A stretch of DNA of 64,000 nucleotides from Octopus sinensis (taxonomy: Eukaryota): contig NC_043016.1 of assembly GCF_006345805.1 (NCBI RefSeq), positions 13,392,001-13,456,000 on the forward strand, written 5' to 3'. Position 1 is the first letter of the stretch. Each line of letters begins with the position of its first letter. The notes below the pieces were generated by a model. It worked only from the letters and a program-made list of their open reading frames with translations, had not been told where the DNA came from and did not search any database. Shown in pieces: positions 37,269 through 49,910 of this stretch. The position numbers and the translations under genes were made by a program.

Positions 37269-38893
37269 TGGAGCATCCAGCAACCAAAATATCCAAGCTG
37301 CATGATGATGAAGCCAGCCATCAAACATGTATTTGTTCTTGTGTTTGTGCTTTGCTGATTTGTAGGTTTATGTTGAGAAGCTGTTGTTATTTTATATATT
37401 TTCTGCTGATATTCTATAAAACCTTCTTTGTTGGTTTCTTACAGAGGCACAAGATGAAAGAAACAAAATGACAGGAAGCTGGTGGATTAAGTATCGCAAA
37501 TTACATCACTGTCAATACTTGACCGGCGTTTTATGGTCCAATGAAAAGTTGAAAGCCAAAGTCAATGTCAGCTAAGAATATAAAGAACTGGAACAGACAC
37601 AAAAAGTTATCTTGACCAATTCTCTAACAATTCTGCCAATTTGCTGTCCAAGATTAGTACTTATATTCTAAAGGATAAAAAGCAAAGTTGGCTCTTGTGG
37701 GATTTGAACACAGAACATACAGGATCATAACTAATTATTACAATCTACTACTATTACTGTCATCTTAATATTTTCTACAGATATTTTATAGTCCTTTTTA
37801 TTGATATTTTTCTCATAGGTTTCTTTACCAATATTGAAATCATATAGTTTTCATTATCACTTTCTCATTGTCTTTTCTTGTTGGTATATCAATGATCTTG
37901 TTTTCTTTATTATTGTTAGTTTATGGCATTTTTAAAGATATTTAATGATTTTTCTCTTTTGATATCTCATACTTTTCTTCATTCAATATTTTTCTGTATC
38001 CCTACCTCTCATTTTTTTTTGTATCACTGATGCATCATATTTCTTCTTTTTAGAATAATTTTTCTCTTGAACTCCTCAAGCTTTCATTAATGATATCTTA
38101 CAGTCCTCTTTTTTTACTGTTCAAGGGTTTCTAATGGCCCTTTTCTTTTAATGTTCTTTTTTTTCTTTTTTTGTTTTGGTGGAAACCTTTTTATTGATAT
38201 CTTAGCATGTGCACAAGGATATTCCAAAGTCTTTCTCTTTATATAGTTGCAGGCATGGCTATGAGGTAAGAAGTTTGCTTCCCAACAACATGGTTCCAGG
38301 TTCAGTCCTACTGCATGGCACCTTTGATAAATGCCTTCTACTGTAGCCTTGGACCAACCACTACCTTGTGAATAGATTTGGTAGATGAAAACTGGAAGAA
38401 GCATTTTATAATATTTTGTGTGTGTGCACGTGTGCATGTGTGTGTGAACGTGTGCATGTGTGTGTGATGATGATGGTGTGTGTGTGTGTGTGTGTGTGTG
38501 ATGATGGTGTGTGTGGATGTGCGTATGTGTAATGATGATGGTGTGTGCGTTTGATGATGATATATAAGGTAAGTTTCCACATATTTCAAGTTACTAAGTT
38601 CCACTTACTTGGGTTTGGTTAGACCTAAGCTATGATAGCCGACATTTTCCTGAGGCGTCACACACCGAGATAACACCTGGATCCCAATGCAAACTTCTTA
38701 AGAACATACCAATACATGTTGTCAATTAGTCTTGCTTTCCAGTGTCATAGAGCTTATTACAATAGTGTTTCAAGCTCTGATCTGAGTGATGACTGGTTCC
38801 TTTATTAAGACCATAACTTAAACAAATATTCCAATATATATTGTGATAGTTCCATAGTGATTTCCTTATTACATGTTCTGGATGTGACCTTAA

Positions 38894-39291
38894 CCTTTTA
38901 GCATTTCAACCAGCCATATCCAGCCCAAATATTCTACCTGTTTTAAGTTCAGACCAATCAGATCTGGTCTCTCACACCTACCCTACAATGTCATTTTAAA
39001 TATAAACAATCATATCATTGAAATCTCAAAGCTGTGCAATGATGCATGATTAATTGAAGCCTATCATCATCACCATCATCATCATTTAACGTCCGTTTTT
39101 CCATGCTGGCATGGGTTGGACGGCTTGTCTGAGGACTGGCAAGCCAGAATGCTGCACCAGGCTCCAATCTGATCTGGCAATGTTTCTACAGCTGGATGCT
39201 CTTCCTAACGCCAACCACTCCGAGAGTGTAGTGGGTCCCTATGTGAATGAATAAGCATTACCTTTGACAGAAAATGTGAAATGCTAAAGGA
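38894..39291. mobile_element. piggyBac-type MITE (second family) with a nested family C tail at 39062-39240
   Basis: TTAA|CCTTTTAGCATTT ... AAATGCTAAAGGA|TTAA; a partial copy lies at 11157-11265. Confidence 0.8.
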
Positions 39292-39902
39292 TTAAACTGA
39301 AACTGATAGTGTGACCCTGGTTTGGGAGTTACAGGATTTTGAGAAGTATGGAATTCCCTTTAAGCTATTGTTCCCAGAGACATAACACCTGTCAGAATCT
39401 CAGTTATGGGTTAATTAGCATATTGGGGTTTGCTTATCTATGCACGTGAGGACTAGATCAGGCAGATTCTACAGATGAAATCTTCACGGTTCAATGGAGA
39501 GGAAGGCTCTCTTGGGAAACTGCCCCAAAGCAATCAAATCCTTGTGAGTGGATTTGGTAAACAGAAAAGGAAAGAAGTCTATGATATATGTGTGTGAATG
39601 TGTGTGTGAGTGTTATGTGTGTGTGTGTGTGTGTGTGTGTGCATGGGTGCACGTGTGTGTACACGAGTGTGTATGTGTGTGTGTGTGTGAGTGTGTGTTT
39701 GTGTGTATGTGTGTGTGTGTGTGAGTGTGTGTTTGTGTGTACATGTGTGAATCTTTGCTTTTTTGTTTGTGAGTGTATTTGTACAGCCCCACCATTTGAC
39801 AAACAGTACTGGTTTGTTTACATACACTTAACTTAGCAATTTGGCAAAAAAGACTGAGAGAATAAGTAACAGATATAAAAATAAGCACCAAAGTCAAATT
39901 GA

Positions 39903-40277
39903 CTACAGGTTCTCAACTATTTTTCATCTATGGACCTATTTGATTACTATTTCATTCTGGTGGACTCCCTTCACCATTCTATGTTTAAAAGCTAATTTTA
40001 TAGAAACCTCTTCCAAAATTCTATTTTGTTTTTCACCCATTAACTTGTGTAGGTTGAATTATGTAAAATGTTAGAGAAAGAAACCCAGCTGTTTCTTGTA
40101 ATATACATAACCAATACATACATCTAAAGCAAAATTTTTTCAGGAGTCCCTTAAAATATTATTGTGGATCATCAATTTAGTGTTTTGTTGCATGGACCCC
40201 CTCCCTATCTTATTTGGACTCACAAGGAGTCATATGGAACTTCAAAGGATCATATGGGCTGCTTTTGAGATCCACTG
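39903..40277. mobile_element. hAT-type MITE, diverged
   Basis: Ends CAGGTTCTCAAC / TTGAGATCCACTG; related fragment at 25085-25285. Confidence 0.5.
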
Positions 40278-40631
40278 GACTAATCACTACAACCTGATGC
40301 CCCAGCATGGCTGCAATTCAAGGATGATACAAAAAAATAAATAAGTAAGAGATTTCTACATTATTTAATGTCCTTTATTTTGTGTTTGAAAAGTCAGGTT
40401 TGGTTTCAAGATTTGGTCACTGTTTCTAGCATGTTGAACAACCATGTAGAGGCAGCTCCTGCTGTGGGTATTGATGTTGTCACGGCTTCTGTTACAGCAG
40501 ATAGAAAACAATATTTGAAGCAAGAGCAGCAGATAAGAACACTCCTTTTTTTTTACCTCCTAAAGAAGAGTAGCTTGCCAGATACTAAATTCAAACAACT
40601 TTCTAATGTGTGTGTGAATGTGTGTGTGTGA

Positions 40632-40676
<45 letters not shown>

Positions 40677-41404
40677 TTTGTACTTACTTTTTCATTTCAG
40701 TTATGTCCTATTTTTGAACAACAGCTTCAATTGTTAGAGGTTTCCAACAGGACATCTATTGCTTCACACCATTTCTGCAGGAGACAGCAACCAGGAAATG
40801 TCTGCTACTCAAAGACCATTAGACCTTTTTTTTTCCTCATTGATGTTCACATCCTTCATTTATATATGATAACTGATATAAACATATGAATACATTTACA
40901 TACAAACACATACACATGCACATATACATTCACACACACATAACCATACATAAATTTTGATATATAAATTCCTTTAACAGTTTTGTAAACCTCATGAAAG
41001 AATGGTTTCATCCAACAAAAAAATGGTTCAATACCTAATATTTTAGGGTAATTAATTTCCTTAAAATGATAGGTGTATATATAAAAAGATATAGTTTATA
41101 TTCATATAAAAGAAGAAAAAGGAAGTTATCCTCATCATCATTTAACATCCATGTTCCATGCCAGCATGCGTAGAATGGTACCACTGCTTATCATTAACAA
41201 CAAATTAATCGTTATTGTGTTAATAATAAACAATTATTAACTTCCCTATCTCCATTTTGTTTTTCTCCTTCTATTTTGATATATGTATATATATATATTA
41301 CGGAGATGTACTCGCATAGCAGTAATTTGATTGAGATCGTGTGCTGAAACAAGTTATATATATAACGGGTTATATAATATATTATATATAATAATATAAT
41401 ATAT

Positions 41405-41697
41405 ATCACCGTGACCGCACCAGGCTATCAGATGTTGCTACACATTGCTGGTACAATGCGCTTTGCATTGTTTTAGCCTTCAAATGACGCCACCCCGCTG
41501 GCTAAGCGAGAAGGCCCAACAGAAGAAAGAGTGAGAGAAAGTTGTGGCGAAAGAGTACAGAAGGTTGCGCCACCATCCCCTGCCGGAGCCTCCTGGAGCT
41601 TTATGTGTTTTTGCTCAATGAAACACAACAACACCCAGTCTGGGAATCGAAACCACGATCCTACGACCGTGAGTCTGCTGCCCTAACCACTGGGCTA
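41405..41697 (-). mobile_element. SINE family E (tail type 2)
   Basis: Same head and body as 25625-26002, unrelated 3' segment. Confidence 0.8.
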
Positions 41698-41714
41698 TAT
41701 ATATATATATATTA

Positions 41715-41903
41715 ACTGGTGAAGGCTGGTTTATAGGGTTACCCAGGGTTTCTCACCATAAAGGGTACCTTTATGGCGTATCTTCAGACTCTTTGACCGT
41801 TGGCCTATGGCCTCTTAAAAGATCTTAGAGTTTGAAGATATGCCATAAAGGTACCCTTTATGGTGAGAAACCTGGGTAACCCTATAAACCAGCCTTCACC
41901 AGT
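41715..41903. repeat. Near-perfect inverted repeat (~78-bp arms, 34-nt spacer)
   Basis: Arms differ by one indel and two transitions. Confidence 0.95.
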
Positions 41904-41984
41904 AATGAATATAGACAGCTTACTTCTTGAGTGTGTGCTTCTTCTCCAGATTTAGGTTTTTCTAAAAAAACCATCTATATATAT

Positions 41985-42676
41985 AGATGGCGAGAATGGA
42001 TGAAGATAGTTGTGTGAAAAAGTGCCACAACCATAGCGGTTGAGGGAACCTGTGGAAGAGGCGGACCCAGGAAAACCTGGGACGAGGTGGTGAAGCACGA
42101 CCTTCGAACTTTAGGTCTCACTGAGGAAATGACTAGAGACCGAGTCCTCTGGAAGTGTGCTGTGCGCGAGAAGACCGGCAGGACAAGTGAGTCCATAACC
42201 CGTGGCCTTCTACATGGGATGGAGCCAGCCTACGTATGCATACCTTCCCTTCTTGGGACACAAAACTCTACTTGTGAAGACCCGTTGAGGCAAGTGAGGA
42301 TCAGAATGGAAATCGATCAATGGAAATTGCAAATGTGTTACCAGTGCCGGTGGCATGTAAGAGAACCTTCCGTTTCGCGACTGTTGCCAGCACCGCCCCG
42401 TTTCGTGTCCGTTGCCAGCCTTGCCTGGCACATAAAAAGCACCATCCGTTCGTGGTCGTTTGCCAGCTCTGTCTGGCACCTGTGCGGGTGGCACGTAAAA
42501 AGCACCCATTACACTCACGGAGTGGTTGGCGTGAGGAAGGGCATCCAGCCGTAGAAACACTGCCAGATTTGACTGGGCCTGATGAAGCCTTCTGGCTTCA
42601 CAGACCCCAGTAGAACCGTCCAACCCATGCTAGCATGGAAAACGGACGTTAAACGATGATGATGATGATGATGATA
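41985..42676 (+). mobile_element. RTE family C 3' fragment (ORF end, 3' UTR, tail)
   Basis: VEGTCGRGGPRKTWDEVVKHDL, then the same 3' UTR as 20395-21020. Confidence 0.93.
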
Positions 42677-42729
42677 TGTATGTAATATAATTCAGTTATA
42701 TAATATATCATGATATATTACGTATATAT

Positions 42730-43183
42730 GGATCTTTTTCGTGTGTTGAACAGCAGTTTTTAACATAATTTCTAAGTAACTAAAAAATTTTAAACTTCAT
42801 ATACTGGTAGAATGTGTTTATAAAACATCTTTTTCTCTTGGCTTTATTGAGAAAATTCTTATATTTGTAAGATATTTGTTGTTTTTTTCTTAATTTCTGC
42901 AATTTTCAACAATCAATGACGTCCATTGAGGTAAAAAAACATTCTGTGCCATATGAATATGTCCCTCGTTTACAAAACAGATTGGGTTTATTTATATTTC
43001 TGAAGAAAAAAAAGATACCCTCCCCCACCTCTAACCCTAACCCTAACACTAACCCTAACAAACCCTAACTAACCCTAACCCTAAAACATTGAAATGCAAT
43101 AGATTGATACTAGGGTCATAATTATGGGTGATAATTTCATATGACACCGCTAGTAAAAACTGCTGTTCAAACCGAAAAGATCC
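42730..43183. mobile_element. TA-flanked MITE containing (CCCTAA)n
   Basis: ~30-bp TIRs GGATCTTTT..CG..TTGAACAGCAGTTTTTA; about 7 imperfect CCCTAA units at 43031-43083. Confidence 0.8.
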
Positions 43184-43527
43184 ATATATATAATATAAAT
43201 GTGTAAATGTGTGTATATATATGCTTGTACATGTGTTTATTTTCTAAATATATTTAGTTATATGTATCTATACATATATATCTGTATATATCTATGTATA
43301 TCTATGTATGCATATGTATATATGTTTATCTATATCAAGACTAACCATGTTATCTGCATCGTTATATCTCTCTTTATATATATAAATACATATATACATA
43401 CATATCTATCTATATATATATATATGTATATACATACATACATATATATATATAACTTAGAATAACTTAGAAAGGTTTTGGCCAATATTGGCCCAGGCCA
43501 TGTCTGACTTAGCAGCACCACCTGGCA

Positions 43528-43576
<49 letters not shown>

Positions 43577-44231
43577 TGTATGTATGTATGTATGTATGTA
43601 TGTATGTATGTATGTATGTATATATATGTGTGTGTGGGTATATATATGGTGGCATTGGTTCAACGATTTGACAGAGGACTGGTGAGCCAGGAAGTTGCAC
43701 CAGGTTCCAATCTGATCTGGCAATCTTTCTATAGCTGGATGCCCTTCCTAACGTCAACCACTCCAAGACTGTAATGGGAGCTTTTTACATGCCACCAACA
43801 TGGGGACCAGTCAGGCAGCACTGCCATCAACCACATGCAAATGAAGAGATTAAGTTCAGAAATATGGTTTTAATATTCATTAAACTTCACTAAGCTTAAT
43901 TAAAACAGCTGTAAGGGATAATGATAAATTTTTTGCTGATAATAAACTCTTATCAACTTCAATATCTCCATTTTCTTATTCTTCATTTATATTTATACAT
44001 ATGTCTGTGTGTGTGTGTGTTTGCGTGTGTGTGTATATATATATGTATGTATGTATGTAGGCACAGGAGTGGCTGTGTGGTAAGTAGCTTGTCTACCAAC
44101 CACATGGTTCCGGGTTCAGTCCCACTGCGTGGCACTTTGGGCAAGTGTCTTCTACTATAGCCAACAAAGCCTTGTGAGTGGATTTGGTAGACGGAAACTG
44201 AAAGAAGCCCATCGTATATATGTATATATAT

Positions 44232-44609
44232 ATACTAAGTAATTAATGGTTTAGCAACGAATTGCCTCACCACACACCGAATTTAGAAATAGCAGTCAAA
44301 GAGTTATAGCTATTCTTTCTACTAAAAGGGAGATCTCAGTAAAAACACAGCACTTGAAAGGCAAACACAGACAGGTAAGAGAGAATGAAATGACGGCAAT
44401 CTATCATACAATTTTAAGTCTTTTAAGACTTAAAATTGTATGATAGATGCCGTCATTTCATTCTCTCTTACCTGTCTGTGTTTGCCTTTCAAGTGCTGTT
44501 TTTACTGAGATCTCCCTTTTAGTAGAAAGAATAGCTATAACTCTTGACTGCTATTTCTAAATTGGTGTGTGGTGAGGCAATTCGTTGCTAAACCCTAATT
44601 ACTTAGTAT
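44232..44609. repeat. ~380-bp near-perfect palindrome next to the assembly gap
   Basis: Centre AAGTCTT-TT-AAGACTT at ~44422; arm differences are mostly small indels. Confidence 0.9.
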
Positions 44610-44637
44610 TACTTAAACTTTCCTCGAATGAGGCTTT

Positions 44638-44738
44638 NNNNNNNNNNNNNNNNNNNNNNNNNNNNNNNNNNNNNNNNNNNNNNNNNNNNNNNNNNNNNNN
44701 NNNNNNNNNNNNNNNNNNNNNNNNNNNNNNNNNNNNNT
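44638..44738. other. Assembly gap (~100 N)
   Basis: Run of N. Confidence 0.99.
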
Positions 44739-44853
44739 CTATCAAATGTAGACTTACCACACATGTAAACAAGTATACCCTACACAAGCCTGCAGACACC
44801 GAAGTTTGTGCAAATATACACATACAAAATCCACCCCACTCACACACACACAC

Positions 44854-44931
<78 letters not shown>

Positions 44932-45085
44932 GCACAGACACTACAATCACTTCACCTTTGTTCATTATACTAAACACAGTGCTGAATTCATCCCACAGTT
45001 TTCAAAGACTCGTGCACAACATACATACAACATTCATGCCAACTCAAATATTGTCTCTTCTCATGCATGTTCAATGTGTGCGTGT

Positions 45086-45303
45086 GTATGAGGGGGTGGT
45101 GAAAAGTTCCCGGCTCTGGGTAAAAGAAAATAGAGGAGGATCAGTTAATTATGATTTCATTCAACATCTTCCCCTTCTCAGAGTCACACACTTATTTGTA
45201 GCAGTCCTTCAGTTTTTCTAAGCCATGTGAAAAAGAACTCAGAAGGCTGGGCCAGGCCTTTTGCAATACTTTTAAAGTCTGAAAATTTTCAGCATACCTG
45301 GTA
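45086..45303. mobile_element. Mariner-type MITE
   Basis: Ends TATGAGGGGGTGGTGAAAAGTTCC / GAAAATTTTCAGCATACCTGGTA resemble mariner TIRs with TA flanks. Confidence 0.6.
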
Positions 45304-45691
45304 TATATATACAAAAACGATGGTTCTTTTATTCTTTTGCTTGCTTCAGTCATAATGGAGCACTGCTTTTAGTCTAACAAATAAACCCCAGGTATTATTC
45401 TTTATAAGCCTAGTACTTATTCTATCGGTCTCTTTTGCCAAACTGCTGTTACAGGGACATAAATACACCAGCATCGGTTGTTAAGTGATGTTGGGGAACA
45501 AACACAGACTCACAAATAGACACATATATATATAGATAGATATATATACAACAGGTTTCTTTCAGTTTCCATCTACCAAATCCTGAGGTTGGACTGAACC
45601 TGGGACCATCTGGCTGGGAGTGAAGTTTCTTACCACACAACCACTCTTGCACTTATATATATATATATATATATATACTTTCTATCATTGT

Positions 45692-45827
45692 TGCAAAATT
45701 ATCACAGCGACTGTTACTCAGAGTTTCATGTTCCTGTTCGTCGGGCAGCTGTGATAAAGTACTTATCACAACTGTCCGATGAAAAGGAACATGAAACTCT
45801 GAGTAACAGTTCTGTAATAATTTTGCA
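45692..45827. repeat. Inverted repeat (~66-bp arms, essentially no loop)
   Basis: Centred on AAGTACTT; about 6 differences, mostly transitions. Confidence 0.92.
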
Positions 45828-45909
45828 GCTATAATAAAAAGTATATTACTCTACCTTTGGTATTTGAGTACTATTTTTTTCCACCTTGTTTTGCACTTGT
45901 GTGCTCACC

Positions 45910-45939
<30 letters not shown>

Positions 45940-45940
<1 letters not shown>

Positions 45941-46478
45941 CATCATCATCATCATCATCATCGTTTAACGTCCGTTCTCCATGCTAGCATGGGTTGGATG
46001 GTTCGACCGGGGATCTGGGAAGCCAGAAGGCTGCACCAGGCTCCGGACTTATCTGGCAATGTTTCTACAGCTGGATGCCCTTCCTAACGCCAATCACTCC
46101 GAGAGTGTAGTGGGTGCTTTTTACGTGCTATCTGCACTGGTGCCAGGCGAGGCCGGCATCGGCCACGGTCGGATTGGTGCATTTTACGTGCCACCTGCAC
46201 GGAAGCCAGTCGAGGCGGCACTGGCTTCGGCCACGATTCGGATGGTGCTTTTTACGTGCCACCGACACGGAAGCCAGTCGAAGCAGCGCTGGCATCGGCC
46301 ACAATTCGGAAAGTGCTTTTTACGTATCTCCAGTCCAGGGGTCCTGGCATCTGCCGGGTGCCAGTCATAGGATGGTTCAATTTCGATTCCAATTTCACTT
46401 GCCCCAACAGGTCTTCGCAAGAAAAGGGGGGTTGGCATAGATGCCTGTCGTCGGATGAGGTTCGATATCGACTTCGCG
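45940..46478 (-). mobile_element. RTE family C 3' end
   Basis: Tail, GGAAGGGCATCC and several modules; TA runs on both sides. Confidence 0.9.
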
Positions 46479-46711
46479 GAGGATATATATAAGAAAAATA
46501 AGAAAATAGAGATAAATTAATTAAGGATTATTTTGTAGCTTTCATAAAAATCATAGTTGGTTAACCAAAATGTTCCATACACTTATCACATAAAAATATA
46601 AAAATGCAACGGTATATCTATTTTCTACCTTCAACGAGATTCAATTTTGTAATGATTTAATTATTTTAATTAATTTTTAAAGTCTGAATTTAAAGTCTGA
46701 AACTTCAAAAT

Positions 46712-48047
46712 CACTGTTCAAAACTATAAAAACTATATGTTTTTAAAGTTATTTTGATATTTAACTCTGTATTTTAGAGGGACACAATATATTGTAAATG
46801 AGTGTTTCGTGAATACTTTGAAATGTAAACCTTGTACCTTTATTATCACATGATTTTCAAACACCTGATTTTTCCAAATTTCCCTGACAACACTTCAAAT
46901 GTGATTTTATTTCCTTCCAGATTGTTTCAGGAGATATTCAATTCAATCATATTTTCTGTTATCCAGATTACATTTCCAGTATCCCTAAAGGTACAAAGTT
47001 TTCTGAAATTGAACAAGGGATGATGCTTATACTAAAAGTGGAAGAAATGAGTAACCAGAAGATTACCGAGAAGATTTGGTGCAGCAGAACCCCAGTGGAC
47101 AATTTTCTGAAAGATCCTGATGGCTACAAGAGGGTTCATGCTGGTGGACATCCCAGGGCTACATCAAAAAGGGATGAAAGGGCCATTGTCAGATCTGTGA
47201 AATTACATTGCTCTTCTGTTTCCAAAATCATAGCATCAGCAGGAGCAGGAGCCTCAATATCCACTGTAAGAAGAATGATTTTGGACAATAGTTTCAACCT
47301 GAAGAAGCAGCTATGAGGTCCGTTATTGTCCTCTTTCGACTAAACTGTTAGATTGGAGCTTGCTCAGCAGCATCAAACATGGGATCATGAATGGACCAGA
47401 GTTCTGTTCTCTGATGAGGAAAAATGGAATTTGAATGGCCGAACAGTGTTAAGTATTACTGGACAGATAAATGTATACAAAATTTTATTCATTCTAAGGG
47501 GCAGAACAGCAGAAGAGATCTTATCTGCCAATGGGAAGCTGTCACTTGTCATCATGAATGGTCATTTCAATGCTGCACAATACTTGATATGTTGGACAGG
47601 GCTCACATTAATGGAGAAGGAAGGAGGCTCCATGGCAAGAACTTTATATTTCAACAGGACAATGCTCCTATTCATAAAGCAAAGACAACTTTGAATTTCC
47701 TTCATGCAACTGGGGTTGAAGTCATGCCATAGCCAGCAAGAAGTCCTGACCTTAATTCTATAGAGAATGTCTGGGGATATCTCACAAATGTTGTGTACAG
47801 CAAAGGCAAGCAGTATTCATCTGTTGATGAACTTGAAACAGCAATAAAAAAAGGGCTTCTACTTGATCTGCTGCAGAAGTTAACTAGGAGCATGAAATCA
47901 TGTGACTTTGAAGTAATTCAGAAAGGTGGTGATCAAACACACTATTGTTGATGTATTACATAAAAATATCATTGAAATATATCATAATTTCCCTGTTTTG
48001 CATCATTTTTGCAACATTATTCAACCTGGCGTTATAGTTTTGAACAG
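46712..48047 (+). mobile_element. Tc3-like Tc1/mariner transposon, near full length
   Basis: 16-bp inverted ends CTGTTCAAAACTATAA (46714-46729 / 48032-48047) flank a transposase relic. Confidence 0.85.
46981..47951 (+). pseudogene. Tc3-like DD34E transposase pseudogene
   Basis: FLKDPDGY, KRDERAIVR, VLFSDEEKWNLNGP, FIFQQDNAPIHKA, PARSPDLNSIENVWGYL; 34 residues between D and E; start codon lost, stops and frameshifts present. Confidence 0.93.
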
Positions 48048-48231
48048 GAAGTTTCTGGCTCTGCATGTTTTTTTCCAAATTATTATCTAATTTATTTTTG
48101 GATTTCAATAAATTTGAATATTGCAATGACTTCTATTCAATTTTCCTATCTGGAGGTGAGTTTCATGAATTTGGGGGTAGTATAGTTTGCCAGAAAAAAA
48201 CAGAGTTCTGGCTTTATAGTTTTGGAGAGCA

Positions 48232-48274
<43 letters not shown>

Positions 48275-48275
<1 letters not shown>

Positions 48276-48626
48276 TAACCATCCGATCATGGCCGTTGCC
48301 AGTGCCGCCCCAACTGGCCCCCATGCCAATGGAACGTAAAAAGCACCATCCGTTCGTGGCCGTTGCCAGCCTCGACTGGCTCCTGTGCCGGTGGCACGTA
48401 AAAAAGCACCATCTGTCCGTGGCCGTCTGCCAGCTCCGTCTGGCACCCTGTGCGGGGGCATGTAAAAAGCATCCACTACACTCTCAGAGTGGTGGCGTTA
48501 GGAAGGGCATCCAGCCATAGAAACACTCAGATCAGACTGGAGCCTGGTGCAGCCTTCTGGCTTCCCAGACCCCAGCTGAACCGTCCTCCAACCCATGCTA
48601 GCATGGAAGCGGATGATGATGATGAT
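48275..48626 (+). mobile_element. RTE family C 3' end inside (TA)n
   Basis: Modules, GGAAGGGCATCC and (GAT)n tail with (TA)n on both sides. Confidence 0.9.
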
Positions 48627-48638
48627 ATATTATATATA

Positions 48639-48670
<32 letters not shown>

Positions 48671-48859
48671 CATACATACATACATGCATACACACACACA
48701 CACACACATACGCAATTTTTCTGTGATGTGTGTGTACATGTATGTGTATGTTATATGTGCCGACCAAATATACCGTATATAGAAAAAGAATATTGTACAT
48801 TATTATATATCAACCATGGGTGTATAAATATAAACAAACAAATATTTGTTGGCTTTTAT

Positions 48860-48899
<40 letters not shown>

Positions 48900-49079
48900 T
48901 TTATACACACACATACATACTCAAAAATGGACAAGTAAACATACAAACAAACAAAGCCCCCTCGAATCTCCATACCCATCCACAACCAAAAAATTGCATT
49001 GACATATACACATAGAACTAACCCCTAAGAAAAAAAAATGATAAGCCCTTCGTAGCATGATACTCTTGAACTATACCTG

Positions 49080-49517
49080 CATACACAAGCACATGCACAC
49101 ACACACACACACACAGACACACACAGACTCGTGTACACATATCCCCCCACACATACATTCACCCCCCCCATACACACCCACAACATCCACACAAACGTGA
49201 ACATACACACACACACATCTCACACCACACACATCACACGCACATATACACACACACACACACAAATGTGCACATACACACAAACACACACACACACACA
49301 CACACACACATAAATACACCCACAGTTCACTCCACAGTTCACCCCCACCCACCCAGCCGCCACATACACCTACCACTACGCACAAATACTTTGCCACAGC
49401 ACACACACGCACACACGCACACCACACACACATACCAACACACATACACACAAACACACACACACACATACACAACACACACAACACAAACACACACACA
49501 CATACACACATACACAA

Positions 49518-49555
<38 letters not shown>

Positions 49556-49832
49556 ACCATACACAAATATAACACACACACACACACATACAACACACAC
49601 ACACACAAACACAACACACACATACACACATACACAAATACACACACACACACACACGCAACGCACACCCCACACACACATACACACACACATACACACA
49701 AACACACACACACACACATACACACCACACACACACACACACCAAACACACACACACACAACACACCATACACAAAATACACACACACACACACACACAC
49801 ATACACACACACACACATACACACATACACAA

Positions 49833-49870
<38 letters not shown>

Positions 49871-49910
49871 ACATACACAAATATACACACACACACACAC
49901 ACACACATGT
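49080..49910. repeat. Degenerate (CA)n tract
   Basis: Visible dinucleotide-rich sequence. Confidence 0.93.

Noticed and set aside
40368-40860. Protein-like ORFs and strong acceptor motifs on both strands
   Set aside because: The strands give conflicting signals, no consistent exon chain emerges, and no homology is recognised.
43031-43083. Chromosome end or telomere fusion site
   Set aside because: Short, imperfect, and enclosed within MITE TIRs.
44758-44789. 32-nt micro-exon on minus with good splice sites
   Set aside because: No recognisable peptide or partner exon; such motifs arise by chance at this scale.
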